A stretch of DNA of 64,000 nucleotides from contig JAJYIF010000017.1 of assembly GCA_021790195.1 (NCBI GenBank), positions 1,798 through 65,797 of the forward strand, written 5' to 3'. Under the pieces are notes generated by a model. The model was not told the origin of the DNA, searched no databases, and was given only the letters and a program-made list of their open reading frames with translations. The translations under genes were made by a program, and so were the position numbers. Below are positions 46,129 to 54,361 of the stretch, piece by piece. The DNA comes from Nitrospirota bacterium (GTDB lineage: Bacteria; Nitrospirota; Thermodesulfovibrionia; Thermodesulfovibrionales; UBA9159). Positions within the stretch are counted from its first letter, which is position 1, and every line of letters begins with the position of its first letter.

Positions 46129-47076
46129 ATGAGTTTTATGACAAGGCTTAATAACAGCTGGCATTTGTTCACACAATCGTTGACGGTTATGAGGGATCAC
46201 AAAAAGCTGATGGTTTTTCCCCTCGTTACAGCGGCATTGACTCTCCTCATCATTCTCTTTTTCATAGCGCCGGTGGCCCTCCAGTCGACTGGATACAACT
46301 ACACCGATATTCAGCACTGGAAAGCCGTTGCTGGGACAATCTTTATACCGGCGTCGATAGAAGCGCCCCATACTCCTCATACCGCCGACAGACAGTCGTC
46401 GCCCGTACTGACTAATTATGGTGTCATATATTTTGCGATAATCTATTTCGCGGCCATGTTTTTGGCCACCTTCTTTTCCGTGGCGTTTTATCACGAAATC
46501 CTGCGGGCATTGAATGGGCAGGACGTATCCATTACTGGCGGCCTGAGGTTTGCCGGAACAAAACTTCCTTCTATCCTTATCTGGTCCCTCTTCGCAGGAT
46601 TGGTCGGCTATATAATCAGGACATTGGAAGAAAAAGTAGGCATAATAGGCAAGATCATTTTAAGCATTGTAGGGATTGCCTGGAGCGTTGCTTCTGTGTT
46701 CGTCATTCCTTTTATTATCACCGACACCAGCCTTAATCCTTTGCATCTATTGCAGGAATCCGCGGCGACCCTTAAGAAGACCTGGGGAGAATCATTGATC
46801 GGATACCTGGGTATACAATTCGGCAGTCTTATAGTTGCCCTCTCATCGCTCTTTCTTCTCGGAGGCGTAGTGATCATCGCCATCCAATTGCACAGCATCG
46901 TGACCTTCCTGGTCGCTTGCGCCCTTTGGTTCGTCGGTATTCTGGCTTTCGCTTATCTCACTAATATTGCAAACCATATCTATCGATGCGCGCTCTTCAT
47001 ATTTGCTTCCGCCGGGAAGATCCCCGCCCCGTTTGATCAGGTTGCCATGCAGTCAGCATGGAAGATGAAAAAATAG
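46129..47076 (+). CDS. Polytopic membrane protein (DUF6159-like)
   Basis: 315 aa. AGGAGGAAG RBS. The N-terminus TRLNNSWHLFTQSLTVMRDHKKLMVFPLVTA resembles the DUF6159 start pattern. Multiple TM helices. Confidence 0.6.
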   Translation: MSFMTRLNNSWHLFTQSLTVMRDHKKLMVFPLVTAALTLLIILFFIAPVALQSTGYNYTDIQHWKAVAGTIFIPASIEAPHTPHTADRQSSPVLTNYGVIYFAIIYFAAMFLATFFSVAFYHEILRALNGQDVSITGGLRFAGTKLPSILIWSLFAGLVGYIIRTLEEKVGIIGKIILSIVGIAWSVASVFVIPFIITDTSLNPLHLLQESAATLKKTWGESLIGYLGIQFGSLIVALSSLFLLGGVVIIAIQLHSIVTFLVACALWFVGILAFAYLTNIANHIYRCALFIFASAGKIPAPFDQVAMQSAWKMKK

Positions 47077-47084
47077 GATGTCGA
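47019..47084 (+). repeat. Direct repeat copy A (last 18 codons, stop and 8 nt downstream of the membrane-protein gene)
   Basis: gatccccgccccgtttgatcaggttgccatgcagtcagcatggaagatgaaaaaataggatgtcga matches 48242-48307 at about 60 of 66 positions. Confidence 0.85.
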
Positions 47085-47244
47085 GAATCAGGGACTGAAA
47101 GTTGTTAATTGCGGAAAGCCAAACCAGCTTTATTCCGCGACGGCAGCTTATCATGTTGCAAAAAATGGCGACAATTTGTAAAAACTTGCCTTAACCATCT
47201 GCCGTATCGTATACTTATTGTAGATACCATGTCAAGGAGGAACC

Positions 47245-47487
47245 ATGAACACAAAGATTCAGCAATGGGGTAACAGTCTCGCTCTGAGAATTCCGAAGGC
47301 TTTTGCCGTGGAAGCTAAGCTTCACAAGGGGGCCGTTGTGGATGTCTCGGAGGAAGGCGGCAAAATAGTCCTTACGCCTATCAAGAAAAGGAAGATGACC
47401 TTGAAGAGCCTACTGGACGGTGTGACAAAGGACAACATTCACGGTGAGATAAGCACTGGGAAGAGAGTGGGCAAAGAGATATGGTAA
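47245..47487 (+). CDS. mazE: MazE/AbrB-fold antitoxin
   Basis: 80 aa. The signature KIQQWGNSLALRIPKAF is typical of SpoVT/AbrB-type MazE. AGGAGG RBS. Overlaps mazF by 7 nt. Confidence 0.85.
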   Translation: MNTKIQQWGNSLALRIPKAFAVEAKLHKGAVVDVSEEGGKIVLTPIKKRKMTLKSLLDGVTKDNIHGEISTGKRVGKEIW

Positions 47488-47822
47488 GCAAAGCCTTTGT
47501 TCCTAAACGTGGTGATATCGTATGGATAGACTTTGATCCGCAATCGGGGCATGAACAGGCAGGAAGAAGGCCCGCTCTTGTGATATCGCCAGTTGCGTAT
47601 AACGAGAAGATTGGATTGGCCCTGTTGTGTCCCATAACGAGTCAGGTGAAGGGCTATCCTTTCGAGGTGGCGATTCCGAGAGGGCTGAGTGTATCGGGTG
47701 TCATCCTTGCCGATCAGATCAAAAGCCTTGATTGGAGGAGCAGGGAGGCCGAATTCGGGTGCGACGCCCCTCACGAAACCGTCGATCTTGTCCTGGAGAA
47801 ATTATCGACGCTTTTATCGTAA
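47481..47822 (+). CDS. mazF: MazF endoribonuclease toxin
   Basis: 113 aa. PKRGDIVWIDFDPQSGHEQAGRRPALVIS...LCPITSQVKGYPFEV is the canonical MazF/PemK pattern. Confidence 0.9.
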   Translation: MVSKAFVPKRGDIVWIDFDPQSGHEQAGRRPALVISPVAYNEKIGLALLCPITSQVKGYPFEVAIPRGLSVSGVILADQIKSLDWRSREAEFGCDAPHETVDLVLEKLSTLLS

Positions 47823-47889
47823 TCCCCACAAATTTTGCAGCTTCCTTTAATCCTTCCCCTAACGATTCAACCGACATGCTCAAGAAGAG

Positions 47890-48259
47890 GTGATTTATGT
47901 CATGAATGATGAGGAGCCGGAACAATCCAGGATTCCCGAAGTCGGAGGAATTCAGGTCAATTTCTGCAAAAACGTAAGATGCCCCAACTTCGGCGTGCCT
48001 GCGAGTACACAGGAACAGCCGCGAGGCTCTAAGGTCCATGAAGGAGGGCGCGATACCCATACCGTTTCGGGTGCCGGCGGCCACCGGAGCTACACTACCG
48101 CGATCCGCTGTAATCTTTGCAGAGAAAGCCCACCGCTTAAAAGCAACGGGGAGATTGTCGAAGAGATTAACAGGTTGTCGGGGCTATCTGATAGAAGCTC
48201 CTATAACGTGTCCGAATGAACGCTGTGAGAATCATAGTGTCGATCCCCGCGCCGCTTGA
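47890..48259 (+). pseudogene. Truncated/frameshifted zinc-ribbon ORF of unknown family (possible remnant of a mobile-element gene)
   Basis: 109-aa ORF (47890..48219) with paired Cys motifs FCKNVRCPNFG and RCNLCRES. A second frame (48038..48259) continues with CPNERCENH and runs into direct-repeat copy B. No intact full-length reading frame. Confidence 0.3.
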
Positions 48260-48307
48260 TCAGGTGGCCATGCAGTCAGCCTGGAAGATGAAAAGATAGG
48301 ATGTGGA
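48242..48307 (+). repeat. Direct repeat copy B (orphan 3' gene tail)
   Basis: It still encodes IPAPLDQVAMQSAWKMKR-stop, against IPAPFDQVAMQSAWKMKK-stop in copy A. 3 of the 5 coding-part substitutions are silent. Confidence 0.85.
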
Positions 48308-48387
48308 AACTATTGAGGATTTACGGAAGAAACTGACTGATATAACGCGGCGCTGACTTGCCGCTTTTTGGCGAGTCGATGTTGAAA

Positions 48388-48711
48388 TCAGTAGATATCG
48401 AGCTGGATCTTGATCGTCTCGCTGATTTTGAGCAAATCTTCTTCCGAAAGAACGCCGGTACGCTTGAATAGGCGCATCTTGCTCACCGTGGCCAATTGAT
48501 CAGCCATGGCCTTGCTTTCTTTGCCGTTGAGAAGAACGAGCGCTTCGCTCGGATAGAGACGATCTGTTTTGCTTGTAAGGGGGACGACTTGAACTCTGTT
48601 GAGAAATTTGTTTGAGGCGTCATTGCTGACGATGACGGCGGGACGTTTCTTTTTGATTTCGCCGCCGTCGGAAGGATCAAAATTTACCCACCAAACCTCA
48701 CCTCTTTTCAC
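48388..48711 (-). CDS. PemK/MazF-family toxin (second copy, divergent from 47481..47822)
   Basis: 107 aa. [31 protein letters not shown]...VVPLTS pattern. Confidence 0.85.
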   Translation of the reverse strand: MKRGEVWWVNFDPSDGGEIKKKRPAVIVSNDASNKFLNRVQVVPLTSKTDRLYPSEALVLLNGKESKAMADQLATVSKMRLFKRTGVLSEEDLLKISETIKIQLDIY

Positions 48712-48928
48712 GTGCTATATCCTTGAAGGTGGCCTCTGCCCATTCAAGAGCGTCTGATTCCCGCTTCTTGTCTTTGGACATCTGGGAGTAGGCCAATTCC
48801 AGGTTGGTACGCACTACATGTGGCCGCACAAGTTCCTCAATAAATTTGCTGATCTTACGCGGACCGATAGTTTTATGAAGACCTTTGTACACCGCTTCGT
48901 CAACTGTTATGGTCAGTTTTTTCTGCAT
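48698..48928 (-). CDS. Cognate antitoxin of the PemK-like toxin
   Basis: 76 aa. 14-nt overlap with the toxin gene. N-terminal [17 protein letters not shown] suggests a ribbon-helix-helix-like DNA-binding start. Upstream there are two TATACGT direct repeats 11 nt apart (48944-48950, 48955-48961), a possible operator. Confidence 0.6.
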   Translation of the reverse strand: MQKKLTITVDEAVYKGLHKTIGPRKISKFIEELVRPHVVRTNLELAYSQMSKDKKRESDALEWAEATFKDIAREKR

Positions 48929-49200
48929 TATTCTCTCTCCTTTTATACGTGTAGTATACGTATTTGAGGCAGATATATCAATAGCAGAACTGCTGTCCTT
49001 ATTTTGCTATTCCTTAGTCACGTTTTCAAACGAGCGGACGCTACACGCCGTCGCCTGGATGCCGTTGATACGATCTTATTGATAATTCCAAATTGATCTT
49101 TTTTTCGTGTGAGCCATCCCTAGAAATCGACATATCATTTACCTCCTTCTTCTCGGCATAGATAAAAAAGTAAGTTAAAAGGATACATCTTCTTAGGATT

Positions 49201-49229
49201 TTGACAGCTCATTCTGCATATGTTAAATT
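49201..49229 (+). promoter_or_regulatory. Candidate sigma70 promoter of hicB
   Basis: TTGACA (49201-49206), a 17-nt spacer, then TAAATT (49224-49229). AAGGAGG RBS at 49264-49270 before GTG 49275. Confidence 0.4.
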
Positions 49230-49274
49230 TAATCATAGTCTCGCAAGGCGACTCGCACCTATCAAGGAGGTTTT

Positions 49275-49475
49275 GTGAAACTGCATGTAATCATAGAAAA
49301 GGACGAAGCCGGCTATTATGTTGCTGAAGTTCCAGCATTGCCCGGCTGTCTTTCTCAGGGGAAGACTTACGAAGACGCCCTTGCCAATATTAAAGAAGCC
49401 ATAGAAGGCTGGCTTGAAGTGATGGAATCCAAGCAGCCGGTTGATCCTTCCAGACTCATTGAAGTTGCGGTCTGA
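49275..49475 (+). CDS. hicB: HicB-family antitoxin (UPF0150), with no HicA partner detectable
   Basis: 66 aa. MKLHVIIEKDEAGYYVAEVPALPGCLSQGKTYEDALANIKEAIEGWLE is the classic HicB N-terminal domain. Confidence 0.8.
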   Translation: MKLHVIIEKDEAGYYVAEVPALPGCLSQGKTYEDALANIKEAIEGWLEVMESKQPVDPSRLIEVAV

Positions 49476-49582
49476 TGCCGGGAGCGTTCCTGTCGCTACT
49501 CTTGCTTTTTCCATTTATTGGGGATCTGTCCCGCATATTCCGTGACGCGTCGCCTTATGACGTGTCACTGTTGACGCGATGG

Positions 49583-50536
49583 TTAGTGCTTCTTATTTAT
49601 CCGTTTGGCGTAGTCTGCCAGAAATTCTAAGGCAGCACATTCGCCAGAATCCAGAAATATTTTGTCATATTTAAGATCAGCTTCTTCGGTTACATCCTCT
49701 GCTTTTAACCAAACACGTCCAACACAATTCATTACTTTCTCTCTTCTGCTTTTGATTTCTTTCAGCCTGCTTTCGCTATCTGGCAAACCTTTCAATGCAA
49801 TTCTTTGGATCCCAAGACTCTGAAGTTTATCAAGGAGTGTTATGCTCGATCTTTCCAAATTTAGCCCCATCGCCGCACAAGCTTTCTTCGCTTCAGGGTC
49901 ATTTGTTTCAGTAAGTCTTTCGCATAGTTTTCGTGCTTTGAAAATGAGACTTGTATTAAATGATTGCCAAAGGGCATGGCGCTGGATTTGAACTTTAGTG
50001 CAGTCTGTTTTTATCCCTGCCTCAACAATTGCATGAAACCGCTGCTTAGAATATCCGTTAAACTGCTTTGCATTTCCTTTATATATTTGAGCGATTGACT
50101 CTTGACGGTTGCCATCTTCCATTAACAAAAGAGCGTTAGCGTAATATGGCAATGCATTTTCTTTGTCATCCTTCAAAAATTGAGCGATATTGTCCCGAAA
50201 CGGTTTTAAGGACAAACCACTATTTAATTGATTTATTATGAGAGCAGCTGTTGCGACTCCTTTTGGTGATTCCCTTTTAGATCCCAATGCAAGTAGGTCC
50301 CTGCCTGCTGTCGAGGTTGGGCTTATGCCAAGCTCGACTATTCCTGCTCCTGCTATAAATCCGGGGTTATTACTGGCTTTAATGGCATTTAATTCTTCTA
50401 CTGTATAGGGCATGCAGTTGATAATCTCAGCGCTGCCTGTTTGACTGCTTTCGATGTCAGACGCTTCTATTGAGGGCGAAATAAGAACAAGCGACAATAA
50501 GACCGTAAATGCGATGGATATCGATTTAATCTTCAT
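49583..50536 (-). CDS. Secreted helical protein of unknown function
   Basis: 317 aa. Signal peptide MKIKSISIAFTVLLSLVLISPSIEA. AT-rich relative to neighbours. No motif recognised. Confidence 0.5.
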   Translation of the reverse strand: MKIKSISIAFTVLLSLVLISPSIEASDIESSQTGSAEIINCMPYTVEELNAIKASNNPGFIAGAGIVELGISPTSTAGRDLLALGSKRESPKGVATAALIINQLNSGLSLKPFRDNIAQFLKDDKENALPYYANALLLMEDGNRQESIAQIYKGNAKQFNGYSKQRFHAIVEAGIKTDCTKVQIQRHALWQSFNTSLIFKARKLCERLTETNDPEAKKACAAMGLNLERSSITLLDKLQSLGIQRIALKGLPDSESRLKEIKSRREKVMNCVGRVWLKAEDVTEEADLKYDKIFLDSGECAALEFLADYAKRINKKH

Positions 50537-50645
50537 CTTTCTTCCAGACTAACGCTGAGTTCGGCGGGTTCACCGCTGGAACAGATGATTGGAAATCACA
50601 GGCGGCCCCTGTACCCCCTTCCATTCATAGGATGGCTTGTTCGTG

Positions 50646-51092
50646 TCAAGTGTCATGTTGATACGCGACCGCCTCGACGACCTCAATGCGGAAACATCGA
50701 AAAGCAACTTCGAGCGATCCCCCAATGCGAACGGTCAGATACGGGGGCAACGGAGTCCCGTCCCTGTAGGTTCCTCTTTCCTGTGACTCGACATGGAACT
50801 CGTCAATGATGTTGATGTGGTCGAAGTGTTCTATTGTGATGGTATCAACGTCGTGGAAGCGGAATGTTGCGAGAATGTCGTGTCCGTGGCCGGTGGCACC
50901 CGATTGAGTAGCCTCAAGAATACGGATCTTGAGCGTCACCCTTGGAAAGACATTGCGACTGTCCCATCCCGCCCCCGGCTTGAGCCACCCTCGCCATAGG
51001 TGCACGTCCAGCACTTCGGCGTCATGGAATGATGGCCAATTGCCCTCATAGCACTTTGTGAGTATTTCACTCTTGTCGATCAGTCCCACCAT
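50646..51092 (-). CDS. Imm50-like polymorphic-toxin immunity protein (tentative), orphan
   Basis: 148 aa. The pattern NWPSFHDAEVLDVHL...FRFHDVDTITIEHFDHINII...FRCFRIEVVEA resembles my recollection of the immunity-protein-50 family (WPSFHDAE motif). No toxin gene is adjacent. Confidence 0.45.
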   Translation of the reverse strand: MVGLIDKSEILTKCYEGNWPSFHDAEVLDVHLWRGWLKPGAGWDSRNVFPRVTLKIRILEATQSGATGHGHDILATFRFHDVDTITIEHFDHINIIDEFHVESQERGTYRDGTPLPPYLTVRIGGSLEVAFRCFRIEVVEAVAYQHDT

Positions 51093-51157
51093 GATAGCCC
51101 TTCTTCTGCACCCAACCAGTCAATAGATACCCACGGGCAAGCCCCATAGGTGTTAAC

Positions 51158-52459
51158 TTAAGCGGCATCAAGCATATTTTTTTCTTTCTTTTGGCGGAGC
51201 GGACCGTATTTGATTATTTCGAGGGTAGTTCGTCGGGATCTCTGGCGAGATTTCAGGCAGTTTTTTATCAATCGGGGAAGTTCTTCACGAAGATAATCTA
51301 TGGCCTTTTGTAGTGACACCAGAAGAAGTTCAAGAAGAATAAAGGCACGCTCCTGAATTCGCTTGTAGAGCTTTTCCATGCTGAGTTCTCTCCGCTTGCT
51401 GTTCCAGAGCCTGATGTTTATATCTGCGTGAAGCCGATGAATAAGAACAGCCATAATCAATTTGCCATAAATTTCACAGAGCAACCGATTGTGTTTGCCT
51501 GTATTGGATTTATGTATACACAAGACTGACTTTATCTGCTTAAACAACAGTTCGATTTGCCATCTGAGACTGTAAAACGGTCTAACCATTTCTGAAGGCA
51601 GCCATTGTTGAGGTACATTGGTGATCATTAACGTCCAGTCTGCCAAGAGTAAATGATATTGGCTCGGGGTCCTTCCTCGTTCCCGTGAGGATTTCTTGAG
51701 CTTTCGTCGTCTTGCATTTGCCACATCCCGACTTACTCTGAGGCAGATAAGCCTACAACAAACCTGGGTTTCCTTATCCCCACCCACAATGATCTGCATT
51801 TCATGAATGTTCCCCTTGATTTTCTTCAATGCGCCCAGCAAATCAATAGAGCTGAACGACTTAGGGTCAAGCAGTCTTATCCCAATAGATAACCGGGAAA
51901 GAAAATATGCCCCTATCACCCCTATCTCACGAAATATTTTAATGTTGAAATATCCCAGGTCAACCAGCACCAAATCTCCACGCTGTACATGACTTGGGAC
52001 CTGGTACGCATAGGCTCCGTCAGGCGTGATACCCGAAGTTATTTCAAAAAAACTGAGTTCTCCCTGTTTATATTCATAGCAGGCTTGCAGTTTGCAACTT
52101 GCCTCAGATGCACTGCCGCCGCACCCCGGCAAAACAGTCTTAAGCTTGGGGTCAATATTCCAGCTTGAGCTATCGAAAATCAGAATACGTTTAAAATGTC
52201 CGAGTAAATCAACCCGGATCGAAGTGAATGTCGATATTTTCTGGCTCAGGACGGATTCTGAACACCGCTTCATGAATGCAACAGCACCGGATGAAAACCT
52301 TCGATGCATGCCTTCTCTACTCATTTTTACCTTTATGGCTTCGACCATACCGGCCAATGAAGGATGTTTCATCCCTAATTGGCCAACAGTCATAAGAGCA
52401 AGAAAGTCAAAGGCACCCAAGACCTTCTTGCGGTGAATAAACCCACTTTGTCGTGCCAA
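51158..52459 (-). CDS. IS4-family DDE transposase
   Basis: 433 aa from a TTG start. Candidate catalytic residues in ILIFDSS, LVLVDLGYF and the Y-2-R-3-E-6-K block YSLRWQIELLFKQIK. Confidence 0.85.
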   Translation of the reverse strand: MARQSGFIHRKKVLGAFDFLALMTVGQLGMKHPSLAGMVEAIKVKMSREGMHRRFSSGAVAFMKRCSESVLSQKISTFTSIRVDLLGHFKRILIFDSSSWNIDPKLKTVLPGCGGSASEASCKLQACYEYKQGELSFFEITSGITPDGAYAYQVPSHVQRGDLVLVDLGYFNIKIFREIGVIGAYFLSRLSIGIRLLDPKSFSSIDLLGALKKIKGNIHEMQIIVGGDKETQVCCRLICLRVSRDVANARRRKLKKSSRERGRTPSQYHLLLADWTLMITNVPQQWLPSEMVRPFYSLRWQIELLFKQIKSVLCIHKSNTGKHNRLLCEIYGKLIMAVLIHRLHADINIRLWNSKRRELSMEKLYKRIQERAFILLELLLVSLQKAIDYLREELPRLIKNCLKSRQRSRRTTLEIIKYGPLRQKKEKNMLDAA

Positions 52460-52498
52460 CTCATCAAGTGTTTTTTTTAAAGAATGACATCAGTTCAT

Positions 52499-52831
52499 CT
52501 ACCATGATCTGCTCCCAAAGCCTTTTTCTCGGACTAGCTCGACATTGACCTGAATCAATTCCGTGATTAGCTTCTTAAGTTCCTGATAGTTATTGACTCT
52601 CTTTCGTGCTTCTGATACGTCTTCTTTCCGGACGAACATCGATGAGCTTCGACCGCCGACACTAAAGCTAAGCTGATAATAGGGGCCGTGCTTTTGGGGG
52701 TTTACGGGGTCTTTGCACTTACAGCCAGGCGTTCCGCACACGTTCCACTGCTCACTGATACTCCCTGGTAGAACCGGTCCAAGGTTCAATATCTTTTGCT
52801 TTACCTTGCCAACACTGTTCTTTTTTGGCAT
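52499..52831 (-). CDS. Small IS-encoded DUF6788-like protein (zinc-knuckle CGxPxCxC)
   Basis: Preferred start is ATG 52831 (MPKKNSV...), preceded by AAGGAGG. Motifs GSISEQWNVCGTPGCKCKD...HGPYYQLSF...NYQELKKLITELIQVN. Confidence 0.6.
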   Translation of the reverse strand: MPKKNSVGKVKQKILNLGPVLPGSISEQWNVCGTPGCKCKDPVNPQKHGPYYQLSFSVGGRSSSMFVRKEDVSEARKRVNNYQELKKLITELIQVNVELVREKGFGSRSW

Positions 52832-53217
52832 GTCGTATCCTCCTTGTACCGATAGCATACATAATGCTATCGGGTACATACAAGAAAAAAAGTGGTCCGC
52901 AAACCACTTTTCTCAATTTCTTAAGTTAACACCTATGGGGCATGCCCGTGGAACTCTGATAGGGTGTTAGATACTTAACTCGCTAACTACGGCATTTTTC
53001 ATTTTCCACAATCCACATAGATGTCATGTCGGGTGGGGTTACTTGATTTATCGAATTATCACGGCAGGCTAATATTACTCTTGTGATGTTATCGAGTTTT
53101 CCGTCTAACATGAGTCCCCTCCCAAAGAATTACCTCTTTTATACTCCGATTATCGGCCAGCTGTCAAGAGGAAACGCGTTGATTTCCGGGCTTAAGGCTT
53201 GGTCGCTGACAAAGTCG

Positions 53218-53245
53218 CTGGATTCCGGGTCAGGCCAGGAATGAC
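53218..53245. repeat. Degenerate solo copy of the GIY-YIG-associated hairpin repeat
   Basis: ctggattccgggtcaggccaggaatgac has the same ctgGATTCC...GGAATGAC frame as 45895-45921. A still weaker copy (gatttccgggcttaaggc) lies just upstream at ~53181-53198. Confidence 0.6.
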
Positions 53246-53318
53246 AAAAACTTTTTCGACGTAATGGCAAATTGTATGGACTTACTCGTAGGCTCCCCAG
53301 TATGTTACGATACGAACT

Positions 53319-53681
53319 ATGGAATATCAGGGTGAGTTCTATACGTCCGAGAGGTGTTACATTACCGAGTTGTCCAACACCCCGGACGACCCAGGGGCCT
53401 CGATAGCCCGCACAAGAGTGGAGCCCGGGGTGACAACCAGATGGCATCGTCTAAAGGGAACCTGCGAGCGCTATTACATTCTTAGCGGCAAAGGTCAAAT
53501 GGAAATCGGAAAACTGCCTCCAAAGGAGGTAAGCGCAGGCGACATTGTGCTCATTCCCTCCATGGAGCCACAACGTATTACGAATACAGGACCGGACGAT
53601 CTGGTCTTCCTCGCTATCTGCACGCCCCGGTTTTCTATCGATGCCTATGAAGATATATACGATAGTCCCGTTCCGGAGTGA
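53319..53681 (+). CDS. Cupin-domain protein
   Basis: 120 aa with cupin_2-like motifs (G.TTRWHRL....ERYYILSGKG.MEIG, GDIVLIP......ITNTG). Confidence 0.65.
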   Translation: MEYQGEFYTSERCYITELSNTPDDPGASIARTRVEPGVTTRWHRLKGTCERYYILSGKGQMEIGKLPPKEVSAGDIVLIPSMEPQRITNTGPDDLVFLAICTPRFSIDAYEDIYDSPVPE

Positions 53682-53685
53682 GTCT

Positions 53686-54297
53686 TTAGCAGTACTTCTC
53701 TGATAGATGCCTGAACAACCTTATCTGCCAATACCATAACAGAACTACGGTTCCAAATCCGCCGAGGATCGTAGGTAACAAGAGGAAGGAACTCAATTCC
53801 AATAGGTATAGGAGAAGGCCGACAAGCGCAATAATCAGCAGGTACAGATTCATTCTTGCCAGTTTTCTAAAAAAGTTGACATCGTCATTTTTAATTAGAC
53901 CGAAGGCATAAAAGTACACCGGCGTGGATATCAGCAAAGTAACGCCAAGGAGGATATTGTACATTGCCTGATAAAAAACAACTACCGCGTCAAGAGTAAT
54001 AATAAGGGACTGAATGATCGAAATAACGATAGCGACGGATATTATCTTTCGGAATCGCTCTTCCTGTTTGATGTATGAGTATTTGACATATCCAAGTGAG
54101 GCGTACAGGTTCAGCAGTTGGATTAATACTGTTACGGCCAGGTGGAAAAGTCTATGAGTGCCTATCTTGAACGGATACAAAATAATCGAGACTATTATGA
54201 CGGCCGCATTCAGGAGAAGACAACGATAGCAGGTACCGAAGTTGATTCTCTTTATTACTTTCTCTTTCAGGAAATCCAATACTACTTCTTTTAGCAT
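53686..54297 (-). CDS. Polytopic membrane protein, unknown function
   Basis: 203 aa, 5-6 hydrophobic helices, AT-rich. No motif recognised. Confidence 0.45.
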   Translation of the reverse strand: MLKEVVLDFLKEKVIKRINFGTCYRCLLLNAAVIIVSIILYPFKIGTHRLFHLAVTVLIQLLNLYASLGYVKYSYIKQEERFRKIISVAIVISIIQSLIITLDAVVVFYQAMYNILLGVTLLISTPVYFYAFGLIKNDDVNFFRKLARMNLYLLIIALVGLLLYLLELSSFLLLPTILGGFGTVVLLWYWQIRLFRHLSEKYC

Positions 54298-54361
54298 GGG
54301 ACATTATAGGGGCACAGGGCCTTTGGGTCAATCTAAAAAGTGAGTTGAGGATATTGCGGGA

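Larger units (their letters stand above)
51131..52951 (-). mobile_element. Complete IS4-family insertion sequence (1821 bp) with 32-bp terminal inverted repeats
   Basis: IRL 51131-51162 is ccacgggcaagccccataggtgttaacttaag. IRR 52920-52951 has reverse complement ccacgggcatgccccataggtgttaacttaag (31/32 identical). The element carries a DDE transposase and a small upstream ORF. The transposase stop lies inside IRL. Confidence 0.85.

Noticed and set aside
49474-49582. Possible hicA toxin gene overlapping the end of hicB (ATG at 49474).
   Set aside because: The translation MPGAFLSLLLLFPFIGDLSRIF... is hydrophobic and has no resemblance to the HicA dsRBD-like fold. It is most likely non-coding.
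52460-52498. Programmed frameshift on the A8 run joining the small IS ORF to the transposase.
   Set aside because: The two ORFs are already in the same frame but are separated by two stop codons (TAG and TGA). A simple -1/+1 slip on the A-run would not produce a fusion. This is left as an open question inside the IS finding.
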